40,852 bases of DNA, from IMG/VR virus record IMGVR_UViG_3300028326_000306, positions 1 to 40,852 of that record; one strand, written 5' to 3'. Under the pieces are notes generated by a model, which was given only the letters and a program-made list of their open reading frames with translations, was not told the DNA's origin and ran no database searches. Position numbers and translations under genes: made by a program. This stretch comes from a virus. Lineage: Duplodnaviria; Caudoviricetes. Numbering within the stretch: position 1 is the first letter of the stretch; each line of letters begins with the position of its first letter. Of the stretch, positions 9,701 through 16,922 are shown piece after piece.

Positions 9701-12700
9701 TCCTCAGCAGCTGATTCAGAGAAACCATATCCGGTAAGAAATTCTATAGCCTCATTTCTGTCCTCTGTAGAAATTGAATCGTCATCATAATCAGCACCGA
9801 TCTCAAATGAATAAGTATTGCCGAATTTCCCAAAACCCTTGATGTAATTAAGTGAAATGTAATCAATCCATTTTCCTTGATCGTCACCAGTGCTGATATA
9901 ATTCCAATGCTGTCCGTTACCCTCAATGATCATAGGATTTTTCAGATTAAGATAAACCTCATAGTTTCCCTCATCGCCCATATCATCGCCTGAAAGATCA
10001 AATATTTCATCTGTATCGTTATAAGTTGCAGCTACCTCTATATCATTAGTAAAGAATAGCGATCTTTTATCATCAGATTCTTTAGGATCAAATACAGTAA
10101 AACCACCATTACTCGTTGCATGATAAAGTGATGCCAGCCTCCCATCTCTGTCAAGAGCCATGCTGTCCGCATACTTTTTCTTTTGTCCGTCTGTCAGTTT
10201 ACGGCCCTTGCTGTCCTCATCACCGTTAGGAGAATTCTTTAAGCAATACTTCCTTCTGTTATTCCCTTTATTATTTGTTCCTCCGTTTTCCCATTTATTG
10301 CCTTTATTAATTCTTTCGCCTTTTCTTCCTTTTTCTCTTCCGGTACTTCCCCCAGGCAGCCTATAATCAGTAGCTGAGTATCTCGAGATAAGTTCATTTT
10401 CTGAGTAATCAGTATTAATTCTATCCGAGTACCAAATAGGTTCCCATCCATTAGCTTCTTCATAAAGTATGCTCCTCCTTATCATATCAATTTTTGTTTC
10501 AGTATGTAGATTAATAGTAACCACTTGTTCTATTGAAGGGTCATAATAATTTCCATTTGTATAAATCAGTTTATTATTGATTCCAAACTCATCACCAACT
10601 GGAATAATGAACAAACCATCTTGATTTTTTGTAAACTGTGTGCCTAGATGTTTATCGCTAATTTTATCGAAAAGATTTGATAATTCTTTTTCTGTGAGCA
10701 AACCGTTGTTGATTGCCCATCCATATTTATTATACTCCCTAATCGTGTATTTTCCAAGCTGTCTGTCAGATGAATCCTTCATGGAGAATCTTGTGTCCGG
10801 TCCTACCCTCTTGGCTGGATACTCATTAAAGTTCATTGTTCCCTGAATAGCATCATTTTGTCTTGAGCTTACGGCATAATCCTCATCGACAAAGTAAATG
10901 ACATCCACTATGGTTCCATCCATTCCCATAATTCTGTTCATTTCTTTTCTTACTTCCAAGCTGCTGGTAGAAATATAAACCGTACTTCCTCCAAGCTCTA
11001 CCATTGACTCTTTAATCCATTTAGACTTGTCTTTCAGCTTGTTGCTGAATTCGCTTATAGCCCTAACCTCACCCAAACTGCTTACATATATTGCTGTTGA
11101 AATGTCATCGCTAACCTGTACAGACTTAGCCGCCTCAGCTAAACTAGTATAACTTGTTATTTTCTTATTCAAAAGCGGATGTTTAATCTCAGGTGTCATG
11201 ATCATATCCTTGGCACCTTTGCTCAGATCGGTTATAGATATTTTCAAATCTCCATCAATGCAGCCGAATTTATTATGGTTGATAATAACATGTCCGTTAA
11301 ATTCCAATCCGCATTTTTTGAAGTATTTAGATAACGTATTTGTTGCCGATACATCTGCTGCAGAAGGTTTTGGTGTTCCTGAAGGATGATTGTGAAGCAT
11401 GTAAATTGATGTCGCTCCTCTGCTTGCTGCGGCACGCATAAGTGAAGGGAAAAACTTGCTCATATCACCGTCAAATGTTTGAGACGTAGAAGGAAGCCTG
11501 CAGGTTATGCCGGTCTGAAATACTACCTTATTGTCAGCATTAAGGAAAATATACCTCATGGTCTCGAATCTTGGATCACGGAATACCTGAGCTATTTCTG
11601 CCATTTCAGCTGTTGAATTAACTTTTCTGCCTAATATGGATGTTGATCCATCCTTAATCAGTGATCTCGTGAATCCCAATGCTACGAGCTTAGTTTCATT
11701 GTCACTGCCGGTATATGAAGCTGCAGCCAAATCATCCAATGACTCCTTGGCAATTTCTATTCCGGAGTCTGTCATATTGAACTTGATGCTCATCTGCTCA
11801 TCGCTTATAGCCAGCTGCTTCTTACGATCTGCAATATAACTGGAGTTTTTCATAGCAAATCTTGACTTAGTAGACTTAGCATTGAATTCATAATTCTTAA
11901 TATACGCATTTTTTCTGTCATTGATCTTGTCGGTAAGGAATGCAGCTTTCAGCTCTGAGTCATTGAAATTAAGCGGCCTGCGTTTATATCCAGGAAGTTT
12001 CATAACTTCTTCTGAATAGTCCTGCCCTTTTTCATATGGTGTCAGATCACTTGGCTTGCTGACCGGTCCAGGTTTGATTTTATGCTCCTCAAATCTGAAG
12101 TCTCCTCCAAGTCTCGGCATCATCTCAATTCCATTTTCCTTACATATCTGCCGGCACTCTTCATCAGTCAGAATATCTTTGATAATCATTGATCCGGAGA
12201 TATACCAAGGGAATGAATTCTTATCTATTGCATTGGTTCTGTATCTGTAATATCCATCTTTAATGGTATAAGGAATACCTGCAAGTGCGTGAGAAAACTT
12301 GCCGTTGGATTTCATACCATACTCGTAAGCCTCCATCTGATAGTCATTGTCTGCAGCAAATTCAACCCTTGCAAATACTATATCCGGATTAAGGAATATT
12401 GTAGGCCCCTTTTCACTTCCATTTTTCTTGTGGCTTGATTCACCGGCTGTCACTCCACGCTTCTTTAACCATCCGGCCCACTTCTGAGCTTTAGGATCAA
12501 CGTTAAACTGAGTAGCATCAGGCACCGGTCCCAAGTGCCAGCCTGGTCTCCATGCCAAAGTATTGCCCTTGCTTGTAACCTTAGCTCTGCCCATCTGATT
12601 CATTTTTATGTTTCCGTCTGCGTCCATATCCGGTACACCTGAATCAGCATCCAGCCATACTCCTCCAGGTGTTCCATATCCTTTTGGATTTTCTACCATT

Positions 12701-15489
12701 GGAGGATACAGCTTTCCGTTCTTAACCTTAAAGGCTTTATATCCAATCATGGTATTCTGTGGTGGTGCAACTTTTCTCAGTTCAAAACGATCTATGCTTT
12801 CATTGTATTCAAGCTCCTTGTCTATGGTTCCGTAAAGTCCCTTAAACCATATCTGCTCCGCCTGCTCTACAATGCCCTGGTCCTTCATCCACTGTCCATA
12901 GTATCTGCTGTTCTTTCCTACAACTATGTCTTTTATGGCCTCCAGCATATCCTTGATAATGCTGTAAATCTTCTCGCCAAGTGTTCTGTTTTCTTCGATA
13001 AGATTCTGAATTGCCTGCTCATCGGTCAGGAAAATATCAGCAGAGTTAGCTACGAATTCTTCCTCAGCTTCTGTTCTGCTTAGCTTTCTGCCGCCCTTGC
13101 TGTAATCAGTAACGATCTCATTAATTCTGTTCTCATATCCCTCAGCATCATCCTTATAGTAATGCTGTACTAGGAAATCCTTAAGCTCCTTATACTCAGC
13201 CGGAGATAGGTCCCTGATGCGATGCGTCAGCTCATGCTTAAGCACGCTCATCAGCGGCTGCGTTGATGATGCAGACAGATAAATAGTGCCATTGTCATAA
13301 TATCCGTTAGCAACATCCTTTAACTCGCCATTGTCGATCTGCTTCTTGATCCAAATATCTGTTCTGAGATTTTTGGCGGCCTTGCTAAGTGCATCAATGG
13401 TATCCTTGTTTTCCTTGATCCATACCTCATCAACATCCTTATCAATGGTCAGCTTGCCCTCAGCCTTGTTCTTTACGGTCTTGACGTTGCTCTTGCTTTC
13501 CTCTATGGTCTGATTTTCTCTCTCGGCCTCCATCTGACCCTGCTTGAAGATTGCAGCCTTGACTGTCATTGGCATCAGATCGTTGTACTTAGTCTCAACA
13601 CTTGAATAGGATTCTCCGTTTCTGCCGGCATCAAATACTTCTGAAAATGCCACAGTGTACTTAAGACCGTTATCAAGGTTATCCAGCTTGTTAACACCCT
13701 GATCGAATATTGACTGTATTTCCGGAGGGAATGACTCGCCTATAGCCTTGATTTTGTTTCTGACATTCTCCTTAGCCTGCTGCTGAACCTGGTCCTTAGT
13801 GATCACAGACTTAGATGCAATCAGCCCAGTAAGAGTTTTCCTTGTTTCTGTGTTAGTTGCTGGAAGAGTAATGCCGGTCATGCTTGACAGCACAGCTCTA
13901 GCTGGTGCGTTCTGTACGCTAAGAGCAGCTACATCCATAGCTGTTCCTGTTCCATTTACTATTCTTGCTATTGCCATTGAGTCAGACACTATCTGATCCG
14001 TTGACGCACCATAGCTCTTGAGAGCCTGAGATGCTTCGTCAGCCGTTTTCAGCACGTTTGAATACATCACGTTGTCTATTTCGTCAGAAACAGTTTTTTC
14101 CCTTTTCTGAGTCTGATAACGTGATACATCTCCTACTACAGATTTCATCTGCTGACGCTGCACTGCCTCTGCCTGTCTGCTTTCCTTATCAATCTGTCTT
14201 GCCACATCCATGTTCTGCTTGAATGTTTTAAAGGCCAGTTCATCGATCTGCGTGTCATATATATGACCGTCAGAGTCAGCCTGGGCTTTAAGAGTCTCCG
14301 CATACTTATATGCATCAGTGTCCTCACCCTGCTTAAGTGCGGAATTTATAATGCTGTTCTTTTCCTCATCGGTATAGGATTCCTTTTCCGGATCAACACC
14401 GGCTACCTTGTTAACAGCCTTGCCAGCAAGATGTGCCGATCCGCCTAAGATTCCTGCAGCTGCAGCTCCACCGGCAAAGTCAAGCCCCATCTGCTTCAGG
14501 CCCTCGGCTGACATTACATCCTTCTTGTAGTTTCCGGCTACGGAAACATGATTATACAAAGAATTTGAAAGCGGCTGCAGAAGATCAGCTGCCACTTCCT
14601 CAAGTCCCTCACCGGTCATACCCACAGCACCTCTTGACATGTTGCGGATCGCCTTATAAACAGCCTCACCGTTGGCTCCGTCATTAACCATTTTCTTAAT
14701 AACGCTTAGTCCTGCAGCTTTATTTGCCAGCTTATAAGCTATTTTTTCGCCTGCACTATCCAAGAGACCTGTTGTGCCGGTAAGTTTCCTCATAGGTCCA
14801 ATCAGGCCTCCACCGAGCAGCTCAGTTCCTACCTGTATACCTGCGTTGGAAAGACCGGCAAGTTTCTGCCTTGTCTCGCTGGCACCGGAGTTTCTCGCAT
14901 CCCTTGATGACTGGCCGTAACTTGTAAGCCCCATGCCCATAAGCATGTTTCCGCCACCTATAATGGCATCCTCGCCCATGTTTAGCAGATTGCTGTATAA
15001 TCCCATAGCGAATTTCTGCTTGCTGTTAAGGCCGTCATTAGCCGCTTGGTCATAAGCCTGAGCCTTAGCATGGTAGGCATCACTCATTTTTCTGACTTCA
15101 GACTTATTCTGCTTAGCAGATTTTTCAAATCCCTTCTGGTAGAATTCCTTCTGACTGTCGCTCTTTAATCCAGTATAGCTGCTGCCACGGTCCTGCCTGT
15201 ACTCTTTTGCATTGGATGTATCTCTTGTCCTTGATGTAGGTCCCACCTGATTCTTCCATCCACTACCTATCTCTGCCTGCTGTCTGCCATTGTGACCGGT
15301 AATGTTGCTTGCCAATAGCTCTAAATAATTAGATATATTATCATAGGTTACAGATTTAGTAGCTTTTGTGATTCTGTTTCCTTTGGTGTTACTGACCGGT
15401 TTTCTGATCTGATCATTCCTGGCCTGCTGTTCCTCAGCATTCCCTCTGATCTCGTTCATCATATCATCAAACGATTTTTTCTTAGCCAT
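3778..15489 (-). CDS. Giant (3903 aa) polyvalent virion/ejection protein: zincin metallopeptidase, JAB/RadC, ADP-ribosyltransferase and unknown domains
   Basis: Gly/Ala-rich hydrophobic N-terminus with GEGLEE; HELTH at aa 752 (13222-13236) with downstream EEEF; JAMM motif HNHPSGTPKPSAAD; YH...FFT...VYL...GYDG...QVKS ART signature; long helical C-terminus; position after the tail nozzle where podoviruses encode core proteins. Confidence 0.85.
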   Translation of the reverse strand: MAKKKSFDDMMNEIRGNAEEQQARNDQIRKPVSNTKGNRITKATKSVTYDNISNYLELLASNITGHNGRQQAEIGSGWKNQVGPTSRTRDTSNAKEYRQDRGSSYTGLKSDSQKEFYQKGFEKSAKQNKSEVRKMSDAYHAKAQAYDQAANDGLNSKQKFAMGLYSNLLNMGEDAIIGGGNMLMGMGLTSYGQSSRDARNSGASETRQKLAGLSNAGIQVGTELLGGGLIGPMRKLTGTTGLLDSAGEKIAYKLANKAAGLSVIKKMVNDGANGEAVYKAIRNMSRGAVGMTGEGLEEVAADLLQPLSNSLYNHVSVAGNYKKDVMSAEGLKQMGLDFAGGAAAAGILGGSAHLAGKAVNKVAGVDPEKESYTDEEKNSIINSALKQGEDTDAYKYAETLKAQADSDGHIYDTQIDELAFKTFKQNMDVARQIDKESRQAEAVQRQQMKSVVGDVSRYQTQKREKTVSDEIDNVMYSNVLKTADEASQALKSYGASTDQIVSDSMAIARIVNGTGTAMDVAALSVQNAPARAVLSSMTGITLPATNTETRKTLTGLIASKSVITKDQVQQQAKENVRNKIKAIGESFPPEIQSIFDQGVNKLDNLDNGLKYTVAFSEVFDAGRNGESYSSVETKYNDLMPMTVKAAIFKQGQMEAERENQTIEESKSNVKTVKNKAEGKLTIDKDVDEVWIKENKDTIDALSKAAKNLRTDIWIKKQIDNGELKDVANGYYDNGTIYLSASSTQPLMSVLKHELTHRIRDLSPAEYKELKDFLVQHYYKDDAEGYENRINEIVTDYSKGGRKLSRTEAEEEFVANSADIFLTDEQAIQNLIEENRTLGEKIYSIIKDMLEAIKDIVVGKNSRYYGQWMKDQGIVEQAEQIWFKGLYGTIDKELEYNESIDRFELRKVAPPQNTMIGYKAFKVKNGKLYPPMVENPKGYGTPGGVWLDADSGVPDMDADGNIKMNQMGRAKVTSKGNTLAWRPGWHLGPVPDATQFNVDPKAQKWAGWLKKRGVTAGESSHKKNGSEKGPTIFLNPDIVFARVEFAADNDYQMEAYEYGMKSNGKFSHALAGIPYTIKDGYYRYRTNAIDKNSFPWYISGSMIIKDILTDEECRQICKENGIEMMPRLGGDFRFEEHKIKPGPVSKPSDLTPYEKGQDYSEEVMKLPGYKRRPLNFNDSELKAAFLTDKINDRKNAYIKNYEFNAKSTKSRFAMKNSSYIADRKKQLAISDEQMSIKFNMTDSGIEIAKESLDDLAAASYTGSDNETKLVALGFTRSLIKDGSTSILGRKVNSTAEMAEIAQVFRDPRFETMRYIFLNADNKVVFQTGITCRLPSTSQTFDGDMSKFFPSLMRAAASRGATSIYMLHNHPSGTPKPSAADVSATNTLSKYFKKCGLEFNGHVIINHNKFGCIDGDLKISITDLSKGAKDMIMTPEIKHPLLNKKITSYTSLAEAAKSVQVSDDISTAIYVSSLGEVRAISEFSNKLKDKSKWIKESMVELGGSTVYISTSSLEVRKEMNRIMGMDGTIVDVIYFVDEDYAVSSRQNDAIQGTMNFNEYPAKRVGPDTRFSMKDSSDRQLGKYTIREYNKYGWAINNGLLTEKELSNLFDKISDKHLGTQFTKNQDGLFIIPVGDEFGINNKLIYTNGNYYDPSIEQVVTINLHTETKIDMIRRSILYEEANGWEPIWYSDRINTDYSENELISRYSATDYRLPGGSTGREKGRKGERINKGNKWENGGTNNKGNNRRKYCLKNSPNGDEDSKGRKLTDGQKKKYADSMALDRDGRLASLYHATSNGGFTVFDPKESDDKRSLFFTNDIEVAATYNDTDEIFDLSGDDMGDEGNYEVYLNLKNPMIIEGNGQHWNYISTGDDQGKWIDYISLNYIKGFGKFGNTYSFEIGADYDDDSISTEDRNEAIEFLTGYGFSESAAEDAVTKAEENSGYSIENFSLDSKGNLPEGHNTRYWAEYAQNNGYDGVIFRDIVDIGEYGDPDIQGASDIYIAFSPEQVKSVDNENPTDDPDIRFSMKQPVETNKNLIAVHNIRESELLKSIKLGGLPMPSIAIIKDDYDHNEYGDISLIFDKDTIDPAKSSNKVYGGDAWTPIYPHLEYEVNDSRLNDYSNKFYELERKGLIRSEFRSTPYNLVSDMDGRLERYGGEAGLIEYLKTDTAMKNMFLADTTGHPIDLIHKTETTEISDNEKELSQYFIDNAPNLMKSFEDQMSINPVAWPSWAKNNKPEIIKVYSKYLAENGLKKSEIDKLVESMNGYSLGLLIRHALNYKSNGGITTKEVTDTEGTYDKINNAVDQNEYEKWLEKLLSGIEKSSGIRKPNVDTFTSSGNRKSFKTLHYEENLENVVKVMKGQENGDTLFSAMGIWGVSAKDYKSIKEIKSDSSRLTHADPDTYKKYKEEYGERLSKIANKIKDKRQDNEFIALDNAMATIIDAVRISKSEASISSYIKKWSNASDPAGIAKEIVSLVNDIANMPTEYFEAKPKRAVELSEIKAAVIPETASDTLKQLLDSNDIDYLTYGENDRLEKVNQAAAEYDLKFQMKSDKDKLLNQKNKEIENLNEKIAFLKAETRLTKIPVPEEKVMNKKISEIIEDNLGHMDSALHGEIKKVFKEIYTELNKGEDMSTGMLYDLAEGAARMILSKYKMMHDSYEDNYESIKRDLKNRTLRIDSSYIGDFGGEKGFADFKRRNSKWFKLSTTEGYSVDEMYNDLAAEYPGLFDADTYTNEADQISNIASMMNDMEPWYETYSMRQQNELTPFVAKEILDAVYSTEPHQTYADKTKAKYDEMLQEQRETYKRKLAEKTEKYVSERNAVIQKHKDRIEARYKAKLNAVKKNNKDKTNRKYYTSRIEAYAEWMSHTLLEPADDRHIPEGYKKAIAEMLAGFDFSTKRSRAYTEKNGPSKRTMRFIALSNAYSETIKADDSPLEPDEEMADQLKLLAEAMDGRRFEDLNLDELADVYHIIKKIRYSLSTINRAFSEGIKQNIAELGDAVIAEAATHSDKADKSGFIPEVMRFLNESNVNPSDMFAVMGGTENMLYQNMRNAFDKNIMNVDQIKQYVEGLGSKYAIKEWENNGRAESFTVSSGETIELQPVQIMSLYCLSKRQQALTHLLGSGIVASPMQTFAGKRQEIMKGVYSKNLSQNKVRVTYEDLQKIISTLSREQRAAAEEIQDYLNTTCADWGNETSMRLYGYRKFTEQNYFPIKSADAFLNEMFDNRQPAKIKNVGFTKNTVVNANNPIVIDDIFNVLTQHATTMSMYNSLVPAITDFERVYNYKQMQDKIITASVQDSIRKAYGKSANAYIKRFMNDLNQNYTSISDHNLINFFLRKMKQGTLGLNLRVLVQQPTAIVRAGAVIDQKYLANPTNLGISINEMQEKSPIAKWKSWGFYNTDVSRDMKDIFMDNKSTADKIFMGAYGKADDIGWAWIWNAVKHEINATRKDLKPGSEDYWKAVNERFSYVIDRTQVVDSVFHRSQFMRNNDTMSKIVTSFMAEPTKTYNLLRTELLIAGHDFKAGKKASATKRVARVISVFMANAAAVSIVAALIDALRGADDDDKDKTFLEKWQKYSIQNIGQNVNPLTLLPMLRDVNSLFQGYDVTRLDMEGITNLVKAVTDWQNSKLSLYQKIKSTSKGISDVTGIPLYNVMRDGESIWEQTYKMVVSKSKTDYIKHRMYYSIDNKKNAAVFKRDFMAAKEAGDTEAAEKIKADMLEHGYKEKEITDYVNSKISEEYSSGIDKAIKSGDTGSITDAYENMVAAGYPEDKAKGKLKSALNSVYYDAIDESDYSTAKSVLSILRQYGFNTKNKFRSSLYSKYKDAMLAGKTNEAKKIIAIMRNNGVSEDYIEKTVIKGVKREMAVNELGKLLKAGNTSEAWRRAWNYHYKYGWETKSLIAGGYETYEK

Positions 15490-15500
15490 AGCAGTCTCCT

Positions 15501-16613
15501 TTACTTGTTCTTACTGTTCTTATCGTTTTTACCGTTCTTGCCCTTTAATTTACTTATGCCGAGGGAGTTAAGAATCATAACCTCTTCAGCGTTAGTAATT
15601 TCTCCCATGTATCTTCGCATATCAATTTCATCAAACACATCTGCAGGCTTGAGCATTGCTTTCTGCTTGTAATTTAAAGTTGTGTATTTCCCTACAACCT
15701 TGGAATCAATTCTTGGAGTAGGATTTCCATTGCCGCTGTTGCTGCCTCCGTTTCCGCTTCCACCGCTACCTCCGGAACCACCGCTGCCACCTGAGCCGCT
15801 TCCACTGCCACCTCTGCTGGAAGTTCCGGAGGATCGTGAGCTTGATGCAGCCTGTGCTGCTAGTGCCAATGCCCTATTCTGCGTGATCAGTGTTGACTTG
15901 GCCTGCTGAGCCAGTGCGATCATCTTCTTATAGTTTGCCGGTTTTGTTTTCTTCAGATTGGCGATCAGCTTGTCATACGACTCCGGTTTTGTATATCTGC
16001 CTGTTATGCTTGCAGCAAAGTCATTGAGATTTGTTGTGCTGATGTCAAGTTCCTGATTTTTCTTGTCCAGGTTATACTCCTTCTGCCACTGCTTATCTGC
16101 CACCTTGTCCCTGCCGACCTGGTAGTCAAAGTTCTGACCGTCAATGTACTGCTGATAGTCCTGACTGGTATCAAACTCATAGTTGCTTCTGTCAAAGTTT
16201 CTCTGATCCGAATATCTGCCGTATGCTGTCTGATCCAGCGAATTAACCGCACTCAAAGCATCAAGGTTATAGTTTCTGTCGTTATTGTACTTATCAAGTG
16301 CCAGCTGATACAGCTCCGGAATTTTATCCGTCAGTGCCTGATTATACTGATTCTGAGCCTGCTGTCCTGCAGTTACTGCATAGGAATTGACTAGACCGCC
16401 AGTGTTAATGGCAGCGTTAGCCATAGTATCCTCATTGGCCTGCTGGCCTAATCTGCCGTATTCCTTGGCATATGCTTGATAAGCCTCATCCGTAGCCGGA
16501 TTATAGGAAAACTTTTCGCCACCGGCAACCTTGCCGATCAGATTATCAAGCTCGCTCTGATAGGCAGAGTTATATGCCTGCGGCTCTTTATATTCTTTTT
16601 TAACGTAAGCCAT
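15501..16613 (-). CDS. Putative internal virion/DNA ejection protein with Gly/Ser-rich linker
   Basis: Q/A/Y/N-rich helical protein (FSYNPATDEAYQAYAKEY), long GGS linker, directly upstream of the giant gene; start moved to ATG at 16613 after a GGAGG RBS. Confidence 0.6.
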   Translation of the reverse strand: MAYVKKEYKEPQAYNSAYQSELDNLIGKVAGGEKFSYNPATDEAYQAYAKEYGRLGQQANEDTMANAAINTGGLVNSYAVTAGQQAQNQYNQALTDKIPELYQLALDKYNNDRNYNLDALSAVNSLDQTAYGRYSDQRNFDRSNYEFDTSQDYQQYIDGQNFDYQVGRDKVADKQWQKEYNLDKKNQELDISTTNLNDFAASITGRYTKPESYDKLIANLKKTKPANYKKMIALAQQAKSTLITQNRALALAAQAASSSRSSGTSSRGGSGSGSGGSGGSGGSGGSGNGGSNSGNGNPTPRIDSKVVGKYTTLNYKQKAMLKPADVFDEIDMRRYMGEITNAEEVMILNSLGISKLKGKNGKNDKNSKNK

Positions 16614-16639
16614 TGATTTACCCTCCTTATTTTTTCTAC

Positions 16640-16673
16640 ATAATCTCATAAAGACACACTGTTATCGCCTTCC
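16640..16673 (-). promoter_or_regulatory. Putative late promoter for the ejection-protein operon
   Basis: Minus strand GGAAGGCG-N17-TGA-GATTAT (20 nt between motif and -10), located between a terminator and the RBS. Confidence 0.5.
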
Positions 16674-16744
16674 GACCTTTTCAAAGGTACAATGTACTCA
16701 ATGATGTGGTCGGAATGCATTTTGTTTGTGGTAATTTATTCCAT

Positions 16745-16775
16745 ATATAAAAGCAGGACCGTTAAGGCCCTGCTT
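16745..16775 (-). terminator. Intrinsic terminator after the tail operon
   Basis: Minus strand AAGCAGGGCC-TTAAC-GGTCCTGCTT followed by TTATAT. Confidence 0.75.
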
Positions 16776-16781
16776 AAGTGA

Positions 16782-16922
16782 TTATTCATTTGATGTATTC
16801 TGCGTAGCTATGTTAGCCAGCTCTCTATTTACAGAGTCAACTATGTTTGATATAGCCATATTGATCTGATTAACCAAGTCCTCATTGCTCTTTGGCTTTT
16901 CTATGTATGTTCCGGTAATCAT
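16782..16922 (-). CDS. 46-aa coiled-coil protein coupled to the nozzle gene (not in the ORF track)
   Basis: ATG overlaps the upstream stop (TAATG); MITGTYIEKPKSNEDLVNQINMAISNIVDSVNRELANIATQNTSNE; ends just before a terminator. Confidence 0.65.
   Translation of the reverse strand: MITGTYIEKPKSNEDLVNQINMAISNIVDSVNRELANIATQNTSNE

Noticed and set aside
11770-11784. Extra boundary motif KFNMT (also KFAMG, KYTIR and KYAIK elsewhere in the protein)
   Set aside because: Each misses one consensus position and none marks a clear domain boundary, so they were left out of the count.
3778-15489. Tape measure protein or virion RNA polymerase
   Set aside because: No long-tail genes are present, and I saw no DxDGD or T7-type polymerase motifs; the recognisable domains are peptidase, JAB and ART.
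15720-15850. Gly/Ser-rich repeat as a special DNA element
   Set aside because: It is explained as a flexible protein linker, with varied codons.
16674-16745. Small RNA between the late promoter and the terminator
   Set aside because: A plus-strand TACAAT is present but there is no convincing -35 or structure.
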